This document shows, in pieces, positions 7,617-16,336 of a DNA stretch of 27,340 bases; the stretch's first letter is position 1, and every line of letters begins with the position of its first letter. The position numbers were made by a program, and so were the translations under genes. The DNA lies in the IMG/VR virus record IMGVR_UViG_3300045988_034716, positions 1 through 27,340 of that record; one strand, 5' to 3'. The notes under the pieces were generated by a model. That model saw only the letters and a list, made by a program, of their open reading frames with translations. It made no database searches and was not told the DNA's origin. Source of the stretch: a virus.

Positions 7617-8018
7617 CTAGAACGGGATGTCCTCGTCGTACATCCCTGCGTCTTCCTGCTGCCCGTCGTATGCGTTCTGCCCGCTTCTCTGGCCTGCGCC
7701 CTGGAAGTGGATGTTGTCAACGACCACTTCCACCTTGCTGCGCTTCTGTCCGTCCTTCTCCCATCGGTTCTGGTGCAAGCGCCCTGTCACTGCGACGTAC
7801 GTGCCCTTCGACAGGTAGCCGCTGACGGACTCCGCACGCTTGCCGAACAGCGTCATGTCGATGTAGTTCGGATAGTCCTCCCACTCACCGTTGCCGTCCT
7901 TCCGGCTCTCGTTGACGGCCACCGACATGCTCAGGACTGCCGTCCCGCCCTGCGTGTAGCGAAGCTCCGGGCCTCTCGTGAGGTTCCCGCCGAGCGTCAC
8001 GCTGTTCAATCCGTTCAT
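7617..8018 (-). CDS. ssb: Single-stranded DNA-binding protein
   Basis: OB-fold N-terminus (NSVTLGGNLTRGPELRYT...), a Gly/Gln-rich tail and an acidic C-terminal tip ...DEDIPF. RBS AAGGAG. Confidence 0.95.
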   Translation of the reverse strand: MNGLNSVTLGGNLTRGPELRYTQGGTAVLSMSVAVNESRKDGNGEWEDYPNYIDMTLFGKRAESVSGYLSKGTYVAVTGRLHQNRWEKDGQKRSKVEVVVDNIHFQGAGQRSGQNAYDGQQEDAGMYDEDIPF

Positions 8019-8027
8019 CTGCTCTCC

Positions 8028-8735
8028 TTAGCTCTTAGCAATCCATCCTGCCAGTATCTCCGATGCGCGTACGGTCTGCGCCTCGTTGTACTCGAGCGCA
8101 CCCTCGGTCACACCGAGCTGCTGCATTCCCTTCGTCTTGTTGAGCGCGGCAATCACCTCGTCTATCTGACGGCCCTTCATCTCTGCGAACTTCGCCAGGT
8201 TCACTAGGAAGTCGTCCCCTGATGCCTGCGTTTGCTTCTGTGGTGCCGTTTTACGGGCAGTTTGCGCCTTCTTTGGTGTAGTTGTTCCTCCTCCGCGACT
8301 CCGCGTCTTAGAATCGCTTACAGAGCCTCGGTTGTCCATGCCGTCCACCTCCTCGCCGGAGTCGATGGCGAACAGGCCGCACATCGCGTACTTTCGCGCG
8401 TACGAGCTTGCGAGACCAGAAATCTGAGCATCGTCCATGCCCTTCTTCTCGTCCTCCTCGCGTGCGTACGCGGTCGATGAGATCTCGCCATCGCACCCGT
8501 TCGCCCAGAATGTAGCGGTCGCCTTCGTGTAGAAGCGCTCCCCGATGAGCATCACCTCGTCGCTCAGGAAGTACCCGCAGTCGTACGTGTCGCACAGCGG
8601 CTTGAGCGCTGCGTTGATGCTCTCAAGGTTGCGGAACGCGTACTTGCCGAAGCTGTTGTACTGGTCTTTCGGTACGTGAAGCTCGTTCTGCACATGCGAT
8701 AGCACAGAGCGAAGCTCCCTTTCCTTCTCAGCCAT
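8028..8735 (-). CDS. erf: ERF-family single-strand annealing protein
   Basis: KYAFRNLESINAALKPL...GERFYTKATATF...AQISGLASSYARKYAMCGLFAI resembles the ERF core. It lies directly upstream of ssb. Confidence 0.7.
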   Translation of the reverse strand: MAEKERELRSVLSHVQNELHVPKDQYNSFGKYAFRNLESINAALKPLCDTYDCGYFLSDEVMLIGERFYTKATATFWANGCDGEISSTAYAREEDEKKGMDDAQISGLASSYARKYAMCGLFAIDSGEEVDGMDNRGSVSDSKTRSRGGGTTTPKKAQTARKTAPQKQTQASGDDFLVNLAKFAEMKGRQIDEVIAALNKTKGMQQLGVTEGALEYNEAQTVRASEILAGWIAKS

Positions 8736-8930
8736 CTAAGACTCCATCCTCATGTTGTGAGACACCTCGAACGCGGCAAGCTCGTAAGCCTCTGACTTGC
8801 AGCGAAGGTACATCTCCTCGGTCGTGTCTCCGTTCTTCTCTGCACGGTAGGCATCGTTCGCGAACTTGTCTGAAAGCCTCGCGAAGTAGTCCGCCATCTC
8901 GTCTACCGTCCTGTATCTGCCGCTCTCCAT
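8736..8930 (-). CDS. Hypothetical protein, 65 aa, first gene of the P2 unit. Start re-assigned to MESGRYR
   Basis: ATG preceded by the conserved leader GAAAGGCAGGAagac. The track ORF start at 9053 lies upstream of P2 and of the lysis terminator. Confidence 0.5.
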   Translation of the reverse strand: MESGRYRTVDEMADYFARLSDKFANDAYRAEKNGDTTEEMYLRCKSEAYELAAFEVSHNMRMES

Positions 8931-8978
8931 GTCTTCCTGCCTTTCTTCTATTGGCGAACCTTTTTCTCCTATAAGCAC

Positions 8979-9007
8979 ATCATAGCATAAGCGTTCATCT
9001 TTGTGAA
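8979..9007 (-). promoter_or_regulatory. Promoter P2: TTCACA-17-TGcTATGAT, conserved module copy 2
   Basis: On the minus strand: TTCACAaagatgaacgcttatgcTATGAT. Confidence 0.65.
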
Positions 9008-9014
9008 TAGTGTA

Positions 9015-9050
9015 CGCAAAAATATGGGGGGGCGCTTTCACACCCCCCCA
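9015..9050 (-). terminator. Rho-independent terminator: G7 / C7 stem then ATATTTTTG
   Basis: On the minus strand: gggggggtgtgaaagcgccccccc followed by atatttttgcg. It is 7 nt downstream of the endolysin stop. Confidence 0.6.
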
Positions 9051-9056
9051 CACTTG

Positions 9057-10223
9057 CTAGTTCGTTGCCTTGAGAACGCCGTCCTCACCGGCTTGCAGCA
9101 CTATGGCACCGGTCAGCGCCGCTCCATCGTCGCCGAGAGCGTACATCTTGCCTCCGACCTGCGCGATGCGGCCACGGACTGCACGCCCTTCCGAGTCTGC
9201 CACGTGCACCTTGCCGTCAGACGCATATGCGGCGTTACGTACGAGCCTGCAAGACGGCGCGTCTGCGAAGCAGTACCGCTCCCCGTCGATGACATGCACG
9301 CCCGTGTAGAGAGAGCCCCATGGGTCTCCGCTCGTCTGCGAAGCGAAGTACTTGTCTCCGGCAGCGTCGGTAATCCAACCGGAGTCGCAAGCCCCGAACC
9401 TGCCGTCGTGCCTGTCGTGGAGCCGGTACCACTTGCCCGCATCGTCGCAGAACCAGCCCCATTGCACCCAACCAGACGCATCGAAGTGGTACCACTCTCC
9501 GTCGATGAGCTCCCAGTCGTTCGTCGTGTACGAGCCATCTGCGTGCCGGTACCACTGCTTGTCTGCGTCGGACTCGTCGTAGACCCAACCGGCAGGGCCG
9601 GACGACGGAGACGCGCCTGCGATTGCGAGCCACCCTTCACGGGTAAGCTGCGCATAGTTTCTGTCAGTAAGCTCGCCGCTAGACGTGTACTGCCACAGAG
9701 TCCACGTAGCCCATGCTCCGGTGCCATATCTGAACGTCGGCATCTCCCAAGAGTTGCGGTTGTCCGGATAACCGGCAATCCACAGCGCACAATCGCTTGC
9801 GCAGCTCGCAGCCTGCCCGACCGCCGAAGCCTGGATGTACACCATGCACCAGATGCCCGTAAGCTCGTGGATGCGGTCAACGAACCTGCGGCACCATGTG
9901 GTGCTTCCCCACGAAGAGTTCTGCGTTCTCTCCCAGTCGAGGCACGGGATTCCCTCGCCGAAATACCCCTTGCAGTTGTTGTAAAAAAAGTTCGCCTCTG
10001 CAACTGGGTCGTTTCCTCCTGCGTAGTGGTAGAAACCCCATAGCTTGCCGTCGCTCTTCGCACGCTGGATTGCCGGGTCGCAGTACTTGTTCACGTACCC
10101 TGTCCCCTGCGTTGCCTTTGCAATCACGAAGTCAGACTCGCCGTATGCTGTCTCGGTGTTCTGCTTGCCGAATCTTCCGTTCGACCACCCGTCATGCGAC
10201 GATACGTCTATTCCCCTAAGCAT
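9057..10223 (-). CDS. Endolysin: GH25 muramidase domain plus C-terminal cell-wall-binding (choline-binding-like) repeats. Start at MLRGIDVSSHDG
   Basis: GIDVSSHDGW...DFVIAKATQGTGYVNKY is typical of GH25. The C-terminal half carries repeated GW/WY-rich modules (GWVYDESDADKQWYRH..., WELIDGEWYHFDASGW..., GKWYRL...). RBS GGAGGctcga precedes ATG. Confidence 0.9.
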   Translation of the reverse strand: MLRGIDVSSHDGWSNGRFGKQNTETAYGESDFVIAKATQGTGYVNKYCDPAIQRAKSDGKLWGFYHYAGGNDPVAEANFFYNNCKGYFGEGIPCLDWERTQNSSWGSTTWCRRFVDRIHELTGIWCMVYIQASAVGQAASCASDCALWIAGYPDNRNSWEMPTFRYGTGAWATWTLWQYTSSGELTDRNYAQLTREGWLAIAGASPSSGPAGWVYDESDADKQWYRHADGSYTTNDWELIDGEWYHFDASGWVQWGWFCDDAGKWYRLHDRHDGRFGACDSGWITDAAGDKYFASQTSGDPWGSLYTGVHVIDGERYCFADAPSCRLVRNAAYASDGKVHVADSEGRAVRGRIAQVGGKMYALGDDGAALTGAIVLQAGEDGVLKATN

Positions 10224-10581
10224 TCGAGCCTCCAATCGAAGCCTTGAGCTGAGACGCTCCAATCGTCACGCCGATTGCCAGCGCGACCACGTTGCACGTC
10301 TCGCTCACCTGCGTTCCGACAGGCCACCCCCAGATGTTCGCAAGCGTCGGATACGCGATTGCGATGAGCGGCATCATCACCAGCGCAATCCACTTGAGCG
10401 CTAGGTACGCGTTCTCTGGGAGCCAGTACTTCGGCAGCTGCGTGATGTCGTCTGCCGACACGTCGCTCGGCGTCTCCTTCACGCCCATCTTCTCGGCAAC
10501 CTTGCTCAGCTCTGACACCACTGCCGCCTCCTCCGCATGCTCGACAGCATCAATAGAATTCTCACTCTTCATCTCCGGCAT
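10216..10581 (-). CDS. Holin-like membrane protein, 121 aa
   Basis: Two hydrophobic helices (LALKWIALVMMPLIAIAY; VVALAIGVTIGAS). Strong RBS GGAGGtttgtc. It sits between the XhlA-like gene and the endolysin. Confidence 0.6.
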   Translation of the reverse strand: MPEMKSENSIDAVEHAEEAAVVSELSKVAEKMGVKETPSDVSADDITQLPKYWLPENAYLALKWIALVMMPLIAIAYPTLANIWGWPVGTQVSETCNVVALAIGVTIGASQLKASIGGSNA

Positions 10582-10591
10582 GACAAACCTC

Positions 10592-10888
10592 CTAGTGACC
10601 TAGCCCAACCTTAGCCAACACCAACGCGGCAATAGCCGCAACGAGCAGTGATATAATCTGAGTCACAAGCGATTCCCATCTTCTCGCTGGCTTCTGCTCT
10701 TGGATGTCCAGCTTCGCATCAATCTTACCTACCGTCTGGTCAATTCTGCTGAGCGTGACGGACATCGTGGCCTCGCGAATCTTCAGATCGTCGATTTCCT
10801 CGCCGTGCTTCGTGATTCTTCGCTCGTGATTGTCAATCCGATTCTTCAGTGCCACCAAATCCGGACACCCGTTCTCGCATTCAGCCAT
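10592..10888 (-). CDS. XhlA-like lysis-associated membrane protein
   Basis: A 98-aa protein with an N-terminal coiled-coil and a single C-terminal TM helix (LVTQIISLLVAAIAALVLAKVGL). RBS AGGAGAtag. Confidence 0.6.
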   Translation of the reverse strand: MAECENGCPDLVALKNRIDNHERRITKHGEEIDDLKIREATMSVTLSRIDQTVGKIDAKLDIQEQKPARRWESLVTQIISLLVAAIAALVLAKVGLGH

Positions 10889-10944
10889 TCTATCTCCTGT
10901 TGACTCACCCGCTCTCGTTCAGACGATTATATTCCTCTGCGAGC

Positions 10945-13383
10945 CTACGCACCAATCGGCCACGACACGATTCCTCCCGTTGCCTGACCACTTCCACTGC
11001 CGAACGAATAGAACCACAACTCTCCTGTGCCGTCTGTCCACATCTGTGCGGTGTTGTTCGACTGCCTCGTCGTCAGCGGAATGTAGACACCGGTATGCAG
11101 CCTGTACCTGTCAGGAAGCGCGAAGTTCGGAACCTTCCATCCTCCCGTGCCAGGAATATCGTACAAACCACTCACGAGAATCCAGACGCACCCAGACCTC
11201 ACGCACCACCAGATGTCTCCGTAGCCGTTGCCGCGGTATACATCCATCCAGCCCTTCGTCTCAATCTGGTCGTACAGCCTGTCTATGCTCTCTGTCCCCT
11301 CTCCCGTGCCGATATACGGAGTTGATATGTACGTCTTGAACCCTGATTTCGACTCGTCGTAAACAACGCCGAGTCCTTGGTCTGAACCACTCGGCCCTAC
11401 GATGAACGCTATCGACCCCTTTTTAGACGTGTTCTCAACAACAATATCAGGGTCTACCGTGTCCGTGCCGTTGGTCATCGTCAATACCGCGTTGCCTTTG
11501 GCATTGACAATAGTCAGGTCGTTTCCCTGCTTTCCTACGACTATCGACTTGGAGCCTAGAATCATCGAGTCGTTGGCATTGAGCGCCAACCCGTCTCCGG
11601 TCGCTATCGCATAAGCCCCAGTGCTTGCGAGCATGGCGCTGTTGTTGCCCTTCACGCCCACCTGGTCTCCAAACAGCGCGAGCATGGAGCCTAGAGCCGA
11701 AGTCACGGCTCCAATCTCCCCGGCACCGGAACACAGATTGATTACGGATTGTGACGAGTTCTTGCCAAGCTCAATCAGCGACGTTGCAAACGACGCAACC
11801 ACGGTCGTACCCTGCCTAATCTTGATGCCATCTCCGGTGAGCAGGATGTTCGCACCAGTTGCAGCGTTCTGCTTGCTCGTCGCTACGTGGGCACCCTCCG
11901 AGTCGGCCCAGAAGTACCATTGCGTTTTCGCGGCGACCTCGTTGGCTGAGTTGATTGCCTTCGCGAGAACCGGCTGCGTGTACGTCGTGCTCCCGTTCGT
12001 CCACGTCACCTTCGAGCGCGTCCAGATGTAGTGGCTCTCTGCCCATGCTGGCTGCGATGTCCCCCACGAGCCTCCTGACTGCGCAGTCGGACTCGTTGAC
12101 AGGTAGTACTCCTCGACGATTGCGGAGACGCCTACGCCGGTTTCCCCCTTGGCTCCGGGGTCTCCTGTGTCTCCCTTCGCACCGGGCGCTCCGACCTTTC
12201 CGCCGACACTATAGCTCGTCGTCGTCGAATTGTCTGTATACGTCGTCACCGTCCTCGTCCACAGGTATTGCGTCGTCGTCGGCGCTAGGACGGAACTCTG
12301 CCACGTTCCTGTCGGAACGGTCGTTCCGCTTGTTGACAGCTGGTACGAGACGGCGGTTGACCTAACGCCCTTGCCGTCGCTGCCGGGGTCTCCCTTGTCC
12401 CCCTTGCTTCCGTCCTTTCCCTGCAACGCGACCGTGTACGACTTCTTGCCATCGCTGTACGATGTCCTCGTCCATACGTACATACCGGCACCGGCAGTCG
12501 GAATCTGCGACAGCCATGCGCCTGTTGGCGGAGTAGTTCCAGATGCCGACACCTGATACTCGATTGCCGAAACAGACACCGACGCGCCATCACTACCGTC
12601 CTTGCCGGGGTCTCCCTTAGCTCCTTGGATGCAAGTAGGCTCCGAATAGCTCTCGGCTCCGGAGCCGTCCACGGACTTCGTTCTCTGCCATATGTACTTC
12701 CCCTGAGTCCACGCTGGCGAGTCTGTAGACCACCCGCTCGTTGGAGCTGTCGTGCTCGTGTCCCCGAGCGCGTACTCGACATCGACCGACGCGACAAGCG
12801 TCTGCGCGAGCGCCTTTGCCTCGTTTGCAGCTTTCTGCGCAGCCTCAACAGCCGCTTCGTCCGCCGCAGCAGTCACGGTGACTCTCACCGAATCCGACGC
12901 CTCGGAGACGTTGTGCCTGTCCGTTCCGTCCTCTGCGCAGGCGTCGTCCTCCGCCGTAGCCCACACGGCGTACGTCTTGCCAACGGTCAGGCGGTTCGAC
13001 GACACCGAACCCTCTGCGTAAAGCTCGCCGAGAACCTGCTCGCCCTCTCCGTCGGTCTTGGCCTTCACAACCAGCTTTGCGAAATCGTCTGGGATTCCGC
13101 CCTCAAGCTCGCCAGACCAGTACGCGACGAGCACCCCAGACGACGATGCCGCCGACACTCCAAGAGGCTTTCCCGGAGGCGTCGTGTCGCCGACGTGCGT
13201 CGCCATGCTCCTGCCGTTCCCGTTCTGCACGCCGAGGATTGAGCGCGTCCCGTCTGCGTTCGGCACAGAGATTGTGCCGCTCTGGCGTGTCGTTGCCTCC
13301 CTCGCGGACTGTGCTGCCGATGCGGCGACGTTCGCCATCTTCTCCATCGGCGACATCATGCCGCCGAGCTTCACGTGTCTCAT
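10945..13383 (-). CDS. Tail fiber / receptor-binding protein with collagen-like Gly-X-Y stretches and tandem domains, 812 aa. Start re-assigned to MRHVKLGG
   Basis: GAKGDPGKDGSDG, GKDGSKGDKGDPGSDGKG and GAPGAKGDTGDPGAKGETG each precede a roughly 55-aa module (...Y.LS.SGTT.PTG.W.S......YLWTRT...). There is a coiled-coil AAADEAAVEAAQKAANEAKALAQ. RBS GGGAGG. The TAATG overlap with the upstream gene's stop fixes the start. The track's extra 121 N-terminal residues are Arg-rich and overlap the upstream gene. Confidence 0.65.
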   Translation of the reverse strand: MRHVKLGGMMSPMEKMANVAASAAQSAREATTRQSGTISVPNADGTRSILGVQNGNGRSMATHVGDTTPPGKPLGVSAASSSGVLVAYWSGELEGGIPDDFAKLVVKAKTDGEGEQVLGELYAEGSVSSNRLTVGKTYAVWATAEDDACAEDGTDRHNVSEASDSVRVTVTAAADEAAVEAAQKAANEAKALAQTLVASVDVEYALGDTSTTAPTSGWSTDSPAWTQGKYIWQRTKSVDGSGAESYSEPTCIQGAKGDPGKDGSDGASVSVSAIEYQVSASGTTPPTGAWLSQIPTAGAGMYVWTRTSYSDGKKSYTVALQGKDGSKGDKGDPGSDGKGVRSTAVSYQLSTSGTTVPTGTWQSSVLAPTTTQYLWTRTVTTYTDNSTTTSYSVGGKVGAPGAKGDTGDPGAKGETGVGVSAIVEEYYLSTSPTAQSGGSWGTSQPAWAESHYIWTRSKVTWTNGSTTYTQPVLAKAINSANEVAAKTQWYFWADSEGAHVATSKQNAATGANILLTGDGIKIRQGTTVVASFATSLIELGKNSSQSVINLCSGAGEIGAVTSALGSMLALFGDQVGVKGNNSAMLASTGAYAIATGDGLALNANDSMILGSKSIVVGKQGNDLTIVNAKGNAVLTMTNGTDTVDPDIVVENTSKKGSIAFIVGPSGSDQGLGVVYDESKSGFKTYISTPYIGTGEGTESIDRLYDQIETKGWMDVYRGNGYGDIWWCVRSGCVWILVSGLYDIPGTGGWKVPNFALPDRYRLHTGVYIPLTTRQSNNTAQMWTDGTGELWFYSFGSGSGQATGGIVSWPIGA

Positions 13384-14564
13384 TACCAAACCTCCCACGG
13401 GTCGAAAATCGGGTCGAACGTGAGCTGAACCTTGTCTGTCATGTCGCCCTTCATCTCCATAAGACGCAGCTTGTACACGCCGTCGGGCAGCGTCGGATAG
13501 CCGTCTATCGCTACATCGACCTCCTGGCCCGGCCACAGGATTCCGGGCGTCACGTTGTTGCCCGCGTCGTTGACGAACGTCCTTCCGGTTATCTGCACGA
13601 GCGGCCTCTTCAACGATTCGAGCACTGCGTTCGAATGCCTTCTCACGAGGTCTTCTGTACCCCAGTCCGAACTTCCTTTCTGAGCCTCGACGAGCGGCCA
13701 CGGGTCGTTCCTCTGGCACAGCGTCATGTCCTGAGCGAGATAGCATAGCGTTCCCTCGTCCTGCCCCGAGCCTGTCCCGTACACGCGCATCGTAGGCGCT
13801 CCGTGGGCGACCTTGATTCCCTCTATCGTGCCTCCGCCCTTGAACCAGGTCAGTGTTGGCACGACACCTGACTGCCCGAGGTACGGATCTGAGTCCGAGC
13901 CAGCCTCGAACGTCCAGCTGACTCTGTTGCCGTCAACATTCGGCCTGAACTGCATGTCGGGGCCGTTCTCAACGTTCGCAATCGCCGTCAGCAGCTTCTT
14001 CGCTGAGTTGTTCCCCACGTTGTAGCCGTAGTACGTCCTCTGCGAGGAACCCCCCTCTCCAAGGTACTTCCAATCTATGGGCAGGTAGCCGCCCTGCTTC
14101 TTTTCCGTTGCCATGACGCCAATCTCGCACGCTATCGCCCTCAGAGACAGGCCGCTGAAGAAAATCGTGTCGCTCGTCGTTGACCCGTATCCCTTCCCGA
14201 ACCTGCCCTCGGTGACGATGAGCCTGTTGTCTAGAAAGTCCATCGGGGACAGCAGGTCGAACGACGTGTCGAGGTACGAGTCTGTTCTGAGGCCGATTAT
14301 ACCGGCAACGACCGGCGCTCCGTCCCAGAGCAGCACGAGTCCCCTACGGTAAGGAGCCAGGAATGCGTTCCTGCCCTCCTGGCTCTCGATTGGAAGCGCC
14401 TCCCACGGTACGGTCAGACCAGATGCGTCACCCTCGCCAGTTCCCTTGTCCCTCGTTGTCGTGAGCGAGCACGAGGATACGGTCAGCGTCCACGACAGGT
14501 TCGGGATGTCGATTGGCGCGTCTATGACGCCTGTCATCGTGTCGAACACGTAGCACTCCCACAT
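13383..14564 (-). CDS. Tail tip / baseplate hub protein (Tal-like, N-terminal Prophage_tail-like domain), 393 aa
   Basis: Position (after the Dit-like gene, before the fiber), size and composition. The family assignment is from memory, not from a search. Confidence 0.45.
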   Translation of the reverse strand: MWECYVFDTMTGVIDAPIDIPNLSWTLTVSSCSLTTTRDKGTGEGDASGLTVPWEALPIESQEGRNAFLAPYRRGLVLLWDGAPVVAGIIGLRTDSYLDTSFDLLSPMDFLDNRLIVTEGRFGKGYGSTTSDTIFFSGLSLRAIACEIGVMATEKKQGGYLPIDWKYLGEGGSSQRTYYGYNVGNNSAKKLLTAIANVENGPDMQFRPNVDGNRVSWTFEAGSDSDPYLGQSGVVPTLTWFKGGGTIEGIKVAHGAPTMRVYGTGSGQDEGTLCYLAQDMTLCQRNDPWPLVEAQKGSSDWGTEDLVRRHSNAVLESLKRPLVQITGRTFVNDAGNNVTPGILWPGQEVDVAIDGYPTLPDGVYKLRLMEMKGDMTDKVQLTFDPIFDPWEVW

Positions 14565-14565
14565 G

Positions 14566-15468
14566 CTACACCACCACTCCGCCGTCAGCGATGATGAGGC
14601 GCTGGCCCGGCCAGCTCTCGCTGCTGTAGTCGGCTACGATGTCTGACACCGGACTTGTGCCAGAACCCCATAGCCGTGCGGTGATTACGTGCGTCCCTGC
14701 CTGCATCGTCACCATGTCCTCGACGCATACCGAAGACGGAGAGTACGGGTTGCACGTGAACCTGAACGACCTCATTACTGTGCCGTCAAGCGTCCACTCT
14801 AGATAACCAGAGCCAATCCAGTCGTACGACGCGGTGTTGGTCGCCCTGACGTTCGCCGTCATCTTCACGCTGACGAGGCGGTCTGTCGGCAGGTTCACAG
14901 TCGCCGAAGCGTAGGTGAACGGCGCTCCACGCTGAATCGTCTGCGTTGCCTTGAACGTCTTGTCGGCGAGCACGCCTAGCGACGCTCCGTATGGTATAGC
15001 GAACAGCCTCGACGCGTTGACGGTCGCGTTCTTCGTCGTGGTCGAACCGCCCGGAAGCAGCATGCGTGCAACCTCCGTTGCGTACGTCGGTATCGTCGGC
15101 GAAGACGGGCTTGCCGCAGCCGTCCCCTTCGTAACGCCAATCGTGACGAGATTGTCCGTGTCTCCCTGGCTCATGTCGTGTGCGGTAATCCAGATGACGT
15201 CTATTCTCGGGTTCGAGCTTGCGTTGGCCTCCACTGTCGGCGTCGCTCCGCCAGACCAGTAAGCCTCTGTGAACCCGTCGGACACCCCTCGGCTGCAAAT
15301 GGCCATGCCAGCCGACACGTTGTACGCCATCGTAGAGCCGCCGGACACCTGCAACCCGCCTACGACGCCCTTGTTGAGCCACTTCTGCGCCAGCATATGC
15401 CTGATGTCGGTGTCGGTCGTGCCAATTCCGTTAGCTGTCTGGCGCACCCCGAATGCAACGTTAGCCAT
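14566..15468 (-). CDS. Putative tail/baseplate structural protein, 300 aa, Ser/Thr/Gly-rich
   Basis: It lies in the tail module between Dit and Tal. No specific motif was recognised. Confidence 0.4.
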   Translation of the reverse strand: MANVAFGVRQTANGIGTTDTDIRHMLAQKWLNKGVVGGLQVSGGSTMAYNVSAGMAICSRGVSDGFTEAYWSGGATPTVEANASSNPRIDVIWITAHDMSQGDTDNLVTIGVTKGTAAASPSSPTIPTYATEVARMLLPGGSTTTKNATVNASRLFAIPYGASLGVLADKTFKATQTIQRGAPFTYASATVNLPTDRLVSVKMTANVRATNTASYDWIGSGYLEWTLDGTVMRSFRFTCNPYSPSSVCVEDMVTMQAGTHVITARLWGSGTSPVSDIVADYSSESWPGQRLIIADGGVVV

Positions 15469-15478
15469 TGTCTACCTC

Positions 15479-16336
15479 CTAGATGTACGTGTCGCGCGAT
15501 GCGACCTCTATTGTACCTATGCCGTCCGCGCTCAGCGAAAGCGTTAGCGAGCCTCCCGCTGGCACGGTCGGGAACCCACGCTGCGTGACGCTCCTCGTCA
15601 CATCCACGCCGTTGACAGACGCCGTTCTCGACCGGCAGTCTATCTCGACCACAGACGAGCCCACTGGCTGCGAGTACACGAGCTGCTCCCCGGTCGCCTG
15701 GTTCGTGATTGCGAACCCATTTGGCATGTCACCCGACGCGTATATGGCCGGGTAAGCCTCCGACGTGCCCTCGTTTGATACAGTGCATACGCTCCTCATC
15801 GCCTCGGCCCCGTCTCCGTATTGGAGCGGGTACCTGAGCACACCCGAATCGTAGACGAGTCCGCCGAATCCCTGCGAGCTGGGGTTCATGAACCCGACCG
15901 ACACGTTGGCCGAGAGCCTCTCCGGACGAGGGCACCTGACCGTCACAGTGACGTCCTCCTCGTTCCTCGTCACCTTCCCGTCCTTTACCTCGACCGTCAC
16001 GAACCCCTCTACGCACGTGTCGGAATCCTCGTCAACGACCCTGAGACTCACGAGTCCGTGCGCCATCCACAGAAGGCTCTCGACCTGCTGCTCGACCTCC
16101 GTACGGTTCCTCCCGTGCGCTACGCACTCTATGGTCACCGTGCGCGACGCGTACAGCACCGAGCGTCCTTCAACGTCATGCGAGCCGTCGCCCGACTCCC
16201 TCGCCGTCATGCTCACCTTCGAGTCTGGCGTAGACCACCAGCCCTTTATCGTTCTCACGTCTATGCCGTTCGACCCGTCTCCGCCAAGCCGCACGGTGAC
16301 GTCTTCCTTCGTAATCTCCGCGAACCACTTCTGCAT
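15479..16336 (-). CDS. Distal tail protein (Dit, siphovirus tail component family)
   Basis: A 285-aa gene immediately after the tape measure gene, with an ATGA overlap. Confidence 0.55.
   Translation of the reverse strand: MQKWFAEITKEDVTVRLGGDGSNGIDVRTIKGWWSTPDSKVSMTARESGDGSHDVEGRSVLYASRTVTIECVAHGRNRTEVEQQVESLLWMAHGLVSLRVVDEDSDTCVEGFVTVEVKDGKVTRNEEDVTVTVRCPRPERLSANVSVGFMNPSSQGFGGLVYDSGVLRYPLQYGDGAEAMRSVCTVSNEGTSEAYPAIYASGDMPNGFAITNQATGEQLVYSQPVGSSVVEIDCRSRTASVNGVDVTRSVTQRGFPTVPAGGSLTLSLSADGIGTIEVASRDTYI

Noticed and set aside
13383-13746. N-terminal 121 residues of the 933-aa track ORF for the tail fiber
   Set aside because: They are Arg-rich low-complexity sequence (RRGSERKFGLGYRRPREK...) that fully overlaps the 3-prime end of the upstream Tal-like gene. 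An internal ATG at 13381-13383 with GGGAGG RBS and a TAATG overlap gives a clean start.
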